A DNA stretch of 64,000 bases. Source: Syncephalis fuscata S228 (Eukaryota; Fungi; Zoopagomycota). The notes beneath the pieces are model-generated. The model did not search any database. It worked only from the letters and a program-made list of their open reading frames with translations, and was not told where the DNA came from. The number at the start of each line of letters is the position of its first letter. Positions within the stretch are counted from its first letter, which is position 1. The DNA lies in assembly GCA_025786725.1 (NCBI GenBank), contig JAHLTZ010000009.1:620001-684000 (forward strand), given 5' to 3'. The position numbers were made by a program, and so were the translations under genes. Below, one piece after another: positions 50,718 to 64,000 of this stretch.

Positions 50718-51803
50718 TTATTGCTATTTAGTATGGTTTGAGTACCAAATGACTAATATTTAATAATATGCAATTTATTGAACATGATGATGGGTGGTAA
50801 GTGACATCAATCATCAAATACTCATCATTGTAAAGTTATTATCCAGTATACATATATCATCACAGTATGTGTTATTACTATGTATACCCGTCATTTGCTT
50901 GATCAACATTAAAACATAACTAATTGACAAGCTTTAGTTTATTTATAAATAATCTTAATAAAACAATTCAATTCATATTATATTATTTATTCTACCAATA
51001 TAATTCAGTAAACAAACTAAGTGCGATATTTCAATATTTATTAATAAAAAGCTGGAATCATACCGACAACGGTTATAGACAGCGTATAGCCAATATATAA
51101 TAAAATGATAAGCATTATAATGAATAGGCAATATTGAACGAGATTAGCAATATTCAAGTTATTGAGCATTAGCCTAATGAACGAGATGATTGACATTAGT
51201 CGAACTTTTTTAATATTAAAGCTAGAACTGAACGGACAACTGCAATAGCTAACGCGTATATACTAGACAATAAAACGATATATAATATAAAAATATACGG
51301 TGTTAAATGACGATTAGTTATGTTAAAGTTAATGAGCATATATGCATGATCAATGAGCGGAATTAGCTGAGATTTATTAATAATAAAGCTAGAACAAAAC
51401 AAAAACAGTTTTGAATACAAAAAGACTATGCAAGTATAGAATGATACATAAAATGATGTTAACGTTATAGTGTGTATAATGTAATGAGTGGAATAAGTAC
51501 AGTGTATTGATACATATAAACAATAGAATGTATCTAGTATATCGTAGAATGTTATATAGTAGCGTGGGATAAAATGGGAATGATATGCGTGAATAGAATA
51601 TATATGTGTACTGAGTATATGCATATTGGATAATAAATCTATGATGATGAGTATTTTGGACCCTGATGTGAATTACTCCTAGTTTCATGTTCAATAGAAA
51701 GAAAGTTTAATTTAAAGTGTAAATATTGTTAAATGTAGTCATTTGACCACCAAACAAAACATTAAATAGTTAATAAGAATATTAAGATTTACATATTTTA
51801 TTT
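50718..51803. mobile_element. Putative non-autonomous foldback element 1 (left arm ~50718-50860, right arm ~51615-51803)
   Basis: Left arm caaatgacta...ttgaacatga...aatactcatcat...ttatccagtata is a diverged reverse complement of the right arm; interior is AT-rich and non-coding. Confidence 0.5.
51352..51803. repeat. ~450-bp arm of a near-identical inverted repeat (partner 54476-54928) bracketing the molybdate transporter gene
   Basis: Direct reverse-complement match; spurious ORFs 51389..51694(-) and 54585..54866(+) share the same N-terminal translation. Confidence 0.92.
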
Positions 51804-51856
51804 TATTGCCAATAAAAAAACAGCAATGTTAATAAAAATTTATTTACTACTATAAT

Positions 51857-53384
51857 TTAAGCATTATGCCCGCTAGATGAGCCAACAAACACTTGAACCT
51901 TGTCAGGATCGATCTGTTCTTCACGGTGCCATTGCTTATTATCATGTATATTTAATGCTTTTTCACTATTTTTTGATGAGCCAGACTGTTGATTTGGTAA
52001 TGGTGACTGGGAGTTCTGTGCAGATGTAGTAGTCGATGAATCGGCAGACATTTTTACTCGCTGCACGTATAATAGTAAATGACATGCTATGCCCGATAGA
52101 AAGCCAATACCATCGTGTTTGAATGCTATTAGCATGCCTGCAGACATAATCAACGTGGTGAAGTTGTCTCGTTGTTCCATTTCCGATGCTTCTTTGCGGG
52201 CATAGGTACGTGCAGAGCATGCAAGTTCAGCACCACTAATGAACAACATTACACCAAGAAGTGATTGCGGAAAGCTTCCAAGCAAGCCCGTTAATGTGCC
52301 GCCAAACAGTAGTCCTATTATAATCTTGAATATGCCAAGAAGCATGACACTGGCACCGGATCTAGCACCAAATCGATACTGGCCTGCTAATCCACCAGAG
52401 CCATGGCAATATGGCGTGGAGCCAAAGAAGCAGCCGATTAAATTCATAAGGCCTACCGATATGGCAACTTCACGGGCCGATAATAGTGGACGATCAGGAA
52501 ATAAGTCACCAGCCAAATGAACTAGTGCCACTACTGAATTAAGTGTTGTTAAAGGCAGTTGGCCCAGTCCTGCTTTCAAAAATCCGTTTAAAAATTCGGA
52601 TGGCGTAGGTGCCGATGGTGACGGAAAGTCGGCAAACTGGAACGTTGGCCAATTTGGCGCTTTTGGATAGTTGTTTTTTCGTGCTACGCCGATGTAAACC
52701 AGCGAAAGAATTAACCCCAATACAAAGATGCCAAGTGCTAGCGGAACACGAGGCTGCTGTAGAGGGCAAAGCAAACAAGAGAGCTAATAAAGCCCATTCG
52801 TAGTTGTCCCACCATTGCCAGCGAGAGCCGCCCCACACAAGCTTGTCAAGCCCTGCTGCTGCCTTAATACATAGTGTTATACCAGTACCAAGCTGGATGC
52901 CTTTAACGATACATGGTGGCGTGACTCGGGCCACCCATGTTATTAGGCCCGATGCACCCAGTATAAATACAATGACGCCTACGGAAATACCTGCTCCACT
53001 GACCTCGCCGGCACTAAGGTTCTGAGCTAGAGCTACGGCTGCAATGGCTATTTATACGTTATAAACACATCGTTGTTATAATATTGTGCCAATTATAACC
53101 GTACCTTTCATAGGCTGTACACATACAGGAATACCAAAGCGCCAGCCGCTAATGATATTCCATAACCCACCAAACACCAAAGATGCTGTGATAGATATCT
53201 ATACTGCTATTAGCATATCGTCTTTCAGGCTGTTGTTTTTTAGCTTACCTGCCGGATACAGAGAGTGCCGTAATAATTGGCAATAAAGTGCCCAAGTCGC
53301 CAAAGCCGCCGCTTAGTTCACGCAAAGTGCATGCGTGCTTTATCTGCGACCAGGACTGTGTAAAACGCCTGACCAGTCAACCAT
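51857..53384 (-). CDS. MOT1-family molybdate transporter (MFS_MOT1), two introns, apparent frameshifts
   Basis: ELSGGFGDLGTLLP, VQPMKAIAAVAL, GIQLGTG, GQLPLTTLNSVVAL, SVGLMNLIGCFFGSTPYCHGSGGLAGQYRFGARSG; breaks at ~53366 and ~52765. Confidence 0.9.
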
Positions 53385-54475
53385 ATTGCTTAAATAAAAT
53401 ACTAAACTGAACTGAAAAATAAAAGAAAGAGGTGCGTAATAGTAAAAATAAACATATTTTTCACACTCCAAATATAGCTAGAGATCTAATGACTGGCATT
53501 ACTTTGCATCCCCAGGGCAGCAAATCATTTTACGCAATCGACCATAATAATTCGATTAATTGATTTGTGTTTAAGTGATATTATAATAAATATTAATAAA
53601 TGTAATAACATTATTATTTCCATAAAACAGAATTAAATGTAGCAAACATTGTATTAGTAATACTATTAAATTTAAATAAAACTCACATTTGCTATCCAAA
53701 CAGTCTCCTAAGAGCCTGAATCCGCCCAAAAAAGTCACATTATTGCGCCATATAATATGGCAAGTGAAACTTACAAGGATGGTTGTATATTTTTATTTAA
53801 AAGTTGTTAATCTCCGTTGTGTATTAAATTTTGTATAAAGCTATGTTGTGATCTATTGTATTGTAGTAACTATAGATCACTATTTAGCTAATTCGTTTTG
53901 TATTACTTTAGTAGCTATATAAGCTGTGTGTTTTTTGTATTCGTAATAAGGTGATCAGTTTTATTAAGAATACTAAAGAAACATAGCCTATATGGCTACT
54001 AGTGTAATAAAGTAGATTGTGTCATTATGGTTGGTTCTATATACATATGATTTAAAATGGTATATATACAAGGTGTAGTTTAGAATAGGTATGTTTACAA
54101 GTATTTTATTTAACATTCAATGAATACTGTTGCTTATATACTAAATCTAATGCTTAAAGTTTAGTTGTCAATTATAATATCATGTTCTATGATAATGACA
54201 TTTGTTTATGCATTGATATTCATCCTTCTTATTTTACCAGTGACATTGTTCTATGAATATATTTGGATTTATTGTTTGTTATCTATTTTTCTTATTACAC
54301 TCATTGTTTTACTGATAACATTGTTCTATGAATATATTTGCTTCTATGCTATTAATTTATTTTTATTTTATTTTACCACTTAAGCAATTCCCTTATCTGT
54401 ATTTCAATTTTTTCACTCTTTTATGTACAATGTGATTCACTTTATGACTTGTATATATTACATTATTTATTAATT

Positions 54476-55185
54476 AAATAAAATATGTAAATCTTAATAT
54501 TCTTATTAACTATTTAATGTTTTGTTTGGTGGTCAAATGACTACATTTAACAATATTTACACTTTAAATTAAACTTTCTTTCTATTGAACATGAAACTAG
54601 GAGTAATTCACATCAGGGTCCAAAATACTCATCATCATAGATTTATTATCCAATATGCATATACTCAGTACACATATATATTCTATTCACGCATATCATT
54701 CCCATTTTATCCACGCTACTATATAACATTCTACGATATACTAGATACATTCTATTGTTTATATGTATCAATACACTGTACTTATTCCACTCATTACATT
54801 ATACACACTATAACGTTAACATCATTTTATGTATCATTCTATACTTGCATAGTCTTTTTGTATTGAAAACTGGTTTTATTTTTGTTCTAGCTGTATTATT
54901 AATAAATCTCAACTAATTCCGCTCATTCATTTAGCAAGCTATATGTAATTGAAACCTATAATAATATGATGTATTCAGTATAGCATAAAATAGTATATAA
55001 TGGTATAGGCATACATTGGTAACGATATAAATGAATAGAATATATATACCGGATAATCAATATATGACGATAAGTATTTTAATGCATGATATCGTTTATT
55101 ACCCAGTTTCATAGTCAATTGCACAAATGCTATTAAATTTATTCATTTGACCATTAAATCGCTCTAAATAATTAATAAACTGTTT
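54476..55185. mobile_element. Putative non-autonomous foldback element 2 (left arm from 54476, right arm ~55040-55185)
   Basis: Left arm contains ggtcaaatgactac; right arm ends ...ccagtttcatagtcaat...tcatttgacc, a diverged reverse complement of the left arm. Confidence 0.5.
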
Positions 55186-55439
55186 ATAAAATTAGTATAA
55201 ATAAATCTGAATTGACTATTAATTCAGCAGTCTAAACTTGAGGCACAAATATGTAAAGATAAATTAAATATCTAATGTGTGTTGATCATAGTTTCAAAAA
55301 TGTTAATTCTCATATCAAAACCATGCTTAATGTAAACGCCTTTATTCAAATACATTTTAGTCAATATAATCAATTTATTGCATCTTCAATGGTTTAAGTA
55401 ATTCCGTAAAGCTATTTAAAACGACACAGTCCTTTAGTT

Positions 55440-56125
55440 TTTTACATGTAAATACGATAAACTTTGCATTGCTTGGTAAAATATTTAAGGTAAATATTTG
55501 GCCTTTCCTGCAATGTTTTATTAGCAATAAATTTTTTTAATTGCTCGCAAGATACATGCTCGTAGATAAGACAGTGGGTATATAGCGGTTTAATGATTTT
55601 TTTAATAACAAATAGTCTTGACTGTGTCTTGGATTCTTTTTTAGTATTGAATTGATATAACAACTTCATGATATATACCCTCCCCCCTAGATTGTTTATT
55701 TTATTTTTAACTTCAAGCAGTATTTAAAAAGTATGTAAGCCTTTTGTTACTTTTATATAAGCTACACTCTTGCATTAATGGCATTGGTTTCAGTTGTAGC
55801 TTTTTGGAAGTTTGTCGTACATTTAATAAAGATATCTTTTTCTTGTCATTTTGTATCACCAAGGCCTTCGCGAAGATTTGCTGTATTCCATCCAACTTCC
55901 TTAGTTAATCCGTGTTTTTTGTTTTTCTAAATTATCTATATGTTTTTATCAACTCCGGTAGGTAAATTTCTATCTATCAAACGCACATAAGTGTTAATAC
56001 TAATAATGATTATAATCTATAGCTTACCATCAAACACTACACGTACGACACTACCTATTGGTATACTAGCTAGTATCACGGCCATACAAGCGGCAGAAAT
56101 AACAAAAACACCAAACTTGTTTTAC
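55440..56125 (-). pseudogene. Decayed, probably secreted protein-kinase gene fragment
   Basis: Hydrophobic leader FGVFVISAACMAVILASIP; GT-AG intron ~55976-56027; then fragments DIFIKC....ATTETNA, CLIYEHV and IFYQAMQSLSYLH, with multiple stops; no catalytic loop found. Confidence 0.45.
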
Positions 56126-57473
56126 TGAAAGCGGCGTTTTGTTATCTATATGCGTCGCCCAAAGTAAAAGTTAAAAGATTAAGTTGTGTAATATTCTGAA
56201 AACAGCCACCAATTATTGTAGAATTTATATCCAACTGAGCACAAGACAATTGCAGCTTAAATAGCATTGACTTAGAATGGAATATTGATTGGTTTAGGAT
56301 ATAAATGGTATATCGGAAACATTTGCGTTTAGTATTTCAAAACTCAAACTGTTATTATGTACACTTTTTGTATGTTTTTTGTAATTGTCACATTGTAGGT
56401 ATAAGCTTTACTACAATTTTGCAATACATACAACATGCTTGCGATTTGATCAAAAAAATGTAATATTGTTTAATGATTTAGTCTACAGACAACTCTAGTT
56501 TGTCAAAAATTAGTCAATATAATAAATTTAGCGAATCCATTAAATTGCTAGACAGTCTTTTGGCAATATTCAGTATCCTAAAGATTCAGTTGCATTTTTA
56601 ACCAATCAGTTAGCGTATTGTAGTATGACTACGAATCACATGTAGTACAAAGAAAATAGTGGTATTGTAGTTATTGTAAATTACCATTGCCATAAAACAA
56701 CTTGGAAGCATTTTAGTCGCAACGGTTAGCCTATTTATAGTTTTTCTATACATATAGTTATATTGTAACTCGAGTTTTATCAATATATTGACTAATATTG
56801 ATTGTATGTCGATACCAATATCCTAATGATTCATGTTATGAAGATATCGTTGTTAGTATTATATATGCCAAGCTATTATCCATTTACACTATTTAAATTT
56901 AAAAAAGTATCAAAATTGTTACTTAGATTTATGTATTCTATGCGTGTCATTGTTTGTCAAGCACAATGCTGATGCGTAGCCGTATTTGAATAACGTGATA
57001 ATTGGATTTTTCATTAAAAACAATCAATAACCTTATACACATTGTATTATACGCATAAATTATGAAATTTTATTACAATGGCATTGTCTATATAAATAAA
57101 CGATAAGCAATTATTGCACAGCGTAAATGATAACAAAACATCTATACTTGATTACCATTGCCAATAATAAGCCTTTACTGTTATAGATTAGCTAATTACT
57201 TTTGTGTGAAACTAATGATAGTTCGTTTGCTATGCTAGTTGCTTACCATGTAATATACAGCCGAAATGCTTAACTGCGTAGGTAGTCATTGTAATTAGGT
57301 TGTTAATTAATTTAAAACTACCCGGTCAACGAACTCTATATTAATATATATATCATCACTATGCGAACACTTCCTCGTAACCACGCTATATACACTTTTA
57401 TTGTTATTGTTATTATGCTAATTATCTCAACGCAATAGCTTTTCCATTTTAATACTTGTTTTAAACATCAAAT

Positions 57474-59713
57474 ATGACTAAGACAGAGCAGAATATAGTT
57501 GAAACGTCGCTATTGAGCTCTGGTGGCGATATATCGCCAGATGAAAAGCATTCGCTAAATGAAACCGACACCGACAGTACACTTGATGAAAAACAAGACA
57601 TTTATACGCATGAAAATAAGCCTCTTTATATCAACGAGCATGGAGAAGAGGATTCGCCTTACTTAATAGTACGCGCTACCGTCAGCAACCAGGATGACCC
57701 CTCGCTGCCAACGTTAACCTTTCGTTTCTGGCTAATTGCCATACCATTGACATTTTTGTCTCTATTTTTAATCAAATATTCTGGTTTCGTACCTTTAGCA
57801 TCGGCATATCGAGCATCATTGTACAGTTGATTACTCTACCAATAGGCCGCATACTTCATAAATGGCTACCCGATAAACTGATGGGCTTTGGCAAGTTTCG
57901 ATTTTCGCTTAATCCCGGTCCGTTCAACTCTAAAGAGCACGCGCTTATCATTGTTTGTATAAGCGCAGCTACCTCCGTAGCCTACGCCGTTGACATTATT
58001 GTCATTAAAAAGGTGTTTTACAAGCAGGATACGCCAATCATTGGGTCGATTCTACTTACGCTAACGACACAATGCATCGGCTACGGTCTTGCGGGTGTCT
58101 GTTACAAATATCTTGTACGACCTGCGGCTATGATCTGGCCTTCTAACCTGGTTATGGTTGCGCTATTTCGCACGTTCCACGAAGAAGATACAAGTCCAAG
58201 TAAAGGATCGTCACGCATGCGCTTCTTTCTCCTAGTAACACTTGGCAGTGCTGTTTACTACTTTTTACCGGGCTATCTAATGACCATGCTGTCAAGCATT
58301 TCTATCCTATGTCTAGCAATGCCAAATAATCAATTGGCTAATCAATTGGGATCCTATACAAAAGGACTGGGCCTACTTAGTTTCTCGCTCGATTGGAATG
58401 CCATTTTAAATCCACTTATGACGCCGTTCTGGGCCATTGCCAATACTTTTGTAGGATTTGCACTTATGGCATGGTTAATCTGGCCTTTGGGCTATTATAA
58501 TAACATTTGGGACGCATTGGAATATCCATTCTACGGCTCAAAATTATATACAGATAAAGGCGCTAAATACCCATCGCTCGACCTACTCAATCCTAATCTA
58601 TCGCTTAACGAGGAAAAGTACTCGGCTGTAGGTGCACCTAGAATGACTTTTATGTTTGCCATTACCTACGGTTTGGGATTTGCCGGACTTGCCGCTGTTA
58701 TTATGCATGTAGCACTGCATTATGGTGTCGAGATTGTGCAGCGCTTTCGCGAATCTCGCAGCTCCGACGATGATATCCACGCCAAACTGATGAATCTTTA
58801 TGCTGAAGTACCTCAATGGTGGTATTTAGTTTCACTGGGCATCAGTATAGCACTATCAATTTTCACTTGCGAATATTATGGCACTGATTTACCTTGGTGG
58901 GGCCTATTACTTGCCGTAGGACTGGCTGCGATCTTTCTACTGCCTATTGGTATCATTACAGCCATTTCAAACCAGACACCTGGCCTTAATATCATAACCG
59001 AATTCGTTATTGGCTTTATTATGCCGGGTAAACCAATAGCTAACGTCACGTTTAAAACATATGGCTACATCGGCATGGTACAGGCCATCTCATTTCTAGG
59101 CGATCTCAAGCTAGGCCATTATATGAAGATACCACCACGACATATGTTTACCGCACAAGTTGTAGGTACACTTATTGCCGGCACTGTCAACGTCCTTACA
59201 GCCTACTGGATGTTTGGTCATATGCCCGATGTGTGTACAACACAAGCTTGGTATTGTCGTGGTGCTCACGTCTTTTTTTCAGCATCGGTTATTTGGGGTG
59301 TTATCGGGCCTAATCGTATGTTTGGCACTGAAGGCTACTATTCGGCACTAATGTGGTGCTTCCTTGTCGGTCTACTATTGCCAATACCTTTCTGGCTTAT
59401 TACACGTCGTTATCCAAATAGCTGGGTCAGATTTATTAATATTCCCGTGCTACTTGCTGGCACTGCTGGCATGCCACCTGCCTATCCTGGCATCTATCCT
59501 ATGTACATTCTACTTGGCTTCATTTTCCAATTCTATCTTTTCCGATACCGACAACAATGGTGGGCACGGTACAACTATATTCTATCGGCCGGTCTGGATG
59601 CCGGTGTAGCTATTAGTAGTTTTGCCATTTTCTTCCTGCTAACGCAGAATAATATACAGCTTGATTGGTGGGGCAATCAATCTGATTGTCCATTGTTAGA
59701 AAATACGCTCTAA
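57474..59713 (+). CDS. OPT-family oligopeptide transporter 2; one apparent -1 frameshift (~57755)
   Basis: EDSPYLIVRATVSNQDDP, TFRFW, NPGPFNSKEH, MIWPSNL, DLKLGHYMKIPPR, WWARYNYILSAGLDAG. Confidence 0.94.
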
Positions 59714-60500
59714 TTTCGTTAAGTACATTTTATTTGCATATCAAATCGACATCGTTTTTTGTATTTGCTTGTACACATATCGGACTTAATGACTATGGTT
59801 GCATTTAATGGCTCTGATTTAGTTACTGTACCATACACTACAAATAGACTTTTGCAATAAATAAAAGATACGTTTATATGCACAGTATTTCACATCAATT
59901 TCGGCTTTTAATAAACTGCACTAATGTATATGCTTTATTACTTAAGTTGCCATTTACATTACAACGACCTTCTAATATCCTAAACTAGGCACGTGACTTA
60001 CCTTCTCGCCTCACCAATCATAGACGTCCACGGCGTAAGCATTGTGGCTGGTCGATTGACAACCAGCTATGAACTTCACAAAGACACCGGCCAATCACAC
60101 AGTGGCCATACGCGTACCCCTTAGAACAACTCGCGACGCTCCGCTACTTCATAAGCGCGCTCTCCGCCCCCGTCGAAGCTAATCTTGCACTTATACTACT
60201 CTTCATCTCTTTCATCTCTTTCTACACTTCTCACACACTCAACTGTTCTTCTCACAGTTATCCGCGTATATCTTATCTATTGATAGCAAAATCATAAGAC
60301 AGGCGGTAAGTGTTGCAAAGGGGCGCTGGTTAAGGAGCAGAACGACCATTAAGGAGGTCTGATAGCCACTGACTGAGAATAAGGTGCCTTACATACACTA
60401 TATGCTAACAATCCAGCTATCTATACTATCTTTGTCGAACCATTTAGTTATCCTGATATAAACTTGCAACCGTTTCATTTATTCTACTTGGCCTATTACA

Positions 60501-61725
60501 ATGACTGTTGCTGCTGCCACTGCCTCCGCCAGTACGCCGGCCGATGACAAGAAGCGTGTACAGGCTGCCGTTGCGGCGCATCGGCAAGCTGGCTACAAGT
60601 GCGTCCAGTGCCGTGGTACATTAAAGACCGATAAGACTCTATGCGGTGCCTGCCGTGGTGTCTTTTACTGCAGGTAATGGCGATAAACAAATAAAACGCA
60701 TAGATAGACGCGTGGCAATAATAAACTCCATACTAATACAGTATATGCTTTTTATTAACAGCAAAGAATGCCAAGTTCAGCACTGGCGCTCAAACCATAA
60801 AATTGCCTGTCAATTATACTCGCATATTCTTTCAAAATCCACCACCAAAGATTTGCCATTTACCTTCCCATTGCGTGTAAAGCCATCCAAGTATGATGAA
60901 TGGCTTGCCGGCCGCAACGTGCTCGACAAAGGTCTTTGGCGCCGTGAAGCCGAGGGTGCATCCAAATACGCCTACGGTGAATTGCCAGCCGTTCCAGCCA
61001 AGGAACTCTGGGTACTCCCTGAGGAGGACTTGCCAGCTCCCGTATGCAAATCTTTGGCTAAGGGACAAGCTGAGTCACCTGCCGAGGTGCTTAACAACTG
61101 GGACGACTACTACAAGTTCCGGCAGCTACCTTCAAAGTCCCCTGTTGCCGTCCTTCTATCTCTCCCACTCACTATCTACTACGTCATTACCCAGTGCTTG
61201 TCAGAGAAGGTCCAGAAGCGCAAGGAATTACGTATTCACTTGCTAGGTGCTGAAAAGGAACTTGACCAGCTGCCCATTCTTGCAGAACTGGCCTATCTTT
61301 TGCCAGATACCAAGTTTAATATCACACTTATTGGTCCAAATGTATTGGATGACATGAAGGCCGATGACCCACATCCTAATATTCGCCTTTCATTCCGTCG
61401 TGGCTACTACCACGAATTGTGCCAATTGGACGGAGGTAAGCGTTTGCGTCCAGCTGATCTTGTTGTTGCGCCCGATGCTTCGCTTGAGACAAATGCCAAC
61501 TGGCGTCCAACGGTTCATCTGCTCGTACAACAACACGTGCCTTCCTTCTTTACCGATCGTTGTGAAACCAGTACTTTGAATGCTACACGTCTTTTCGCCA
61601 CAGTCGGTGCACATGAAGCCTTCCCTGTCCGTTTGAATCCATTCCGTTCTCCAGTCTGGCATGAAGCCGAAGTACATGCAATGCCATGCTACGTTAACGG
61701 ATTCTTGCAGGCCATTAACCTGTAA
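60501..61725 (+). CDS. MYND zinc finger + MSS51/ZMYND15-like C-terminal domain protein
   Basis: ATG 60501; spliced CVQC...CGACRGVFYCSKECQVQHWRSNHKIAC (intron ~60674-60761); WDDYY..R.LP..SP.A.LLS.PLT.YY, IHLLGAEKE, NPFRSP. Confidence 0.85.
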
Positions 61726-62404
61726 GAAGTTGTTAATTTGGAAAGTACGAGAAAGAACTACAAACGCAGCAGTTAAACTTTTCTTTTTTATAATACAACA
61801 TCACATCATTCCATTATAATAATAATAGCAATAGTTGTAATAATAATTGTAATTGTAATGATTGTAATTGTAGTAATAATATTAATAGTAGTCGCAACAA
61901 TAATGGTAACAACATTAAAAATAACAATAAAAGCAGTAAAGTAACAATAGCTGTAATAATAACGATCGTAATAATTATAGTAATAATTGCTTGTTTATTT
62001 AACACAATCAAATAGCCAAGACTATAAATATAACTAATATAAATAGTAAAAAAACAATACCACAAATTAACCGGTAAGTACGACTTGTGCATAGCAATTG
62101 TTACCACGCTGTTTAAAACAATCGTTTTATTTAACTGGTAGAAACACTTGGCGGTTAAATATCAGCTCTTTTAATTGACTTTTACTCTACCAAACCTTAA
62201 CATAACCTTGAAGACCATTGCTTTTCCACTTCTATATTAGTGAACCAATTTTGTTTCTTGCCTGTTTACTGTTAGTTATTGCCATTAACTAGTCTATTAG
62301 CCGCACTTTCTATTCAAAATATTAACGCGTCAACTCTAACCTATTCCCTTGAGTATTTATGTACTGTGTATTCCATTAACACTTCAGCCTTTAACTACAA
62401 CAGA

Positions 62405-64000
62405 ATGCCTCGAAATGGCGAGGAAATTCTTACCGAAGCCTTTCATCGGCGAGAATACCGTTATTTAGACGACGAACAAGACTTTAACGATCATCTAGAC
62501 GATGAAACAACCAATGAAGAAGACGAGAACAACCATAATGAAGAAGGCGACGACGAGAACAGTAACAACAGCAACGAGGAAGAAGACAGCCGTGTATTAG
62601 GCCAGTTACACCCGAAGTCACCTTTACTCTTGGCGAATAAGACACAGTCAAATAGTCCACAGCCATTATTGTATAATAATAATAATAATAATAACACTGA
62701 TGTTAATAACACTGGTGTTAGTAACAATGACATGACTCCAATTCAATTTATTGCATTATCAAATGTTACAGAAGAGCAATTATCAAGTGGCCATCATATT
62801 GTTAATCAGTCCGAACAGCCAAATGCGCCCATCAATGGTCATACAAATACAAATGAACTCCATCCAACTATACCTGTTTCTATGGGCCGTTTAAGTCTAG
62901 CATTGGCCGATAACTTGGCAGATACTTATATAGGTAATTTACTTACCAGTGCTGTTTATATCAAATAGTTAGTTAATGTATACATATATAATAGACAGTT
63001 ATAGTGGGCAAATATCAACGATATCCAATGCTCGAAAGCGTCAATCACTGGACTTGTCTAACCAAACAGATAAAACACAGCCTATTGATATGCCAACACA
63101 TTTAAGAGACCAAACATTATCAGATGGAAGAAGCCAATTAAGCCGCAGTCTTAGTCCATCTTTATTAATGTCTGCTACTAATAATAATAATAATAATAAT
63201 GATGATGATGATGTATCATCAAGTAATAGAATGAATGAAATGGCCACAGTATTACTTAGTGATGATGATGAAGAAGCATGTCATTTAAAACAAGGAAAAC
63301 AAATAGCACGATCAAAATCAATTCATCGTCGCTCTGCCAGTTACGGTAATCCATTACAAATATCTACTAACATAGCATCTACATTACACAATATGGCATC
63401 AGTAGACGATACGACAGACACTGCTACACCCACTACACCTACTACACCTACTACACCGCTTAAAACAAAGAAGCCTATGGACAGTAAAACCATGGCTAAA
63501 ATGAAAAGAAAATCTATTGAATTTTCCAATAATCTTACCTGTGTTATTTGCTGTGACTATTATCAACAGCCGGTGCGTCTACGTCGTTGTCGTCATTTAT
63601 TCTGTAGACCATGTATTCTAGCCTCATTGGCCCGTACAAGCACCTGTCCTATTTGTAGAACAAAGACCCGTCAACGTGATTTGGTACCATCAGTACGTAC
63701 AGGCAAACTAGTCGATGCCTACAAGTAAGATGTGATTACGCACCCCGTTGTCGATGGATTGGTCAACGCATAGCACTCGATCAACATTTAAGTGTGGACT
63801 GTCGAGAAGTATTGGTGCCATGTTCAGCGGATCCATTACATCCCGACTGCGCCGATAAATATCCACGTCGTAAAATTAATGCCCATCGACGTATTTGTCG
63901 TTGGCGTATGACACCATGTGCCTTTGGCTGTGGTGAATTATTCTATGATACACGTGCACTTACGCTTCATTGTCAACAACAGTGTTTGAATCGTACAGTG
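62405..64000 (+). CDS. C3HC4 RING E3 ligase followed by TRAF-type zinc fingers; runs off the window
   Basis: CVICCDYYQQPVRLRRCRHLFCRPCI...CPICR. Correcting the -1 at ~63723 gives KVRCDYAPRCRWIGQRIALDQHLSVDC..VPC...C...R....H...C..R.TPCAFGC; intron ~62934-62994. Confidence 0.85.

Noticed and set aside
51196-51694. Y/I/H-rich ORFs 51196..51624, 51389..51694 and 54585..54866
   Set aside because: Chance ORFs in an AT-rich repeat; the frames differ between the two arms
53770-53785. ACAAGGATGG resembling part of U6atac, and AAAAAAGGCCTTCT at 15305 resembling the U11 5' end
   Set aside because: Only short matches; flanking sequence lacks the other conserved snRNA elements
61814-62107. Leu/Ile-rich ORF resembling a membrane protein
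   Set aside because: Translation of an (A/T)AA/TAATTG low-complexity intergenic tract
1-64000. tRNA, rRNA, transposase or reverse-transcriptase genes
   Set aside because: None recognised by eye; tRNAscan-SE, Infernal and a TE protein search would be needed to exclude them

Overview
AT-rich eukaryotic nuclear DNA with short (~45-90 nt) spliceosomal introns, consistent with an early-diverging fungus. My inference from gene content and style is a Zoopagomycota such as Syncephalis; this is not verified. Housekeeping and conserved genes: CBP80/NCBP1, a Myb/SANT trihelix factor, a TBC RabGAP, two OPT oligopeptide transporters, an SSXT protein, threonine synthase, augmin HAUS2 (missing from the ORF track), a MOT1-type molybdate transporter, a MYND/MSS51-like protein and a RING+TRAF-zinc-finger protein. 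These are interleaved with accessory sequence: six copies of an orphan GPCR-like 7TM family reshuffled by inverted duplication and gene conversion, an F-box-like protein, a tandem [secreted DPBB/loosenin-like + I9-inhibitor-like] unit, a secreted CAP protein with a hidden Cys/Trp tail, an atypical kinase, a kinase pseudogene and non-coding foldback/MITE-like repeats. The strongest single result is a minor-spliceosome (U12-type) AT-AC intron in CBP80 at 11378-11465. About 20 single-base deletions break otherwise intact genes and are most likely assembly errors.
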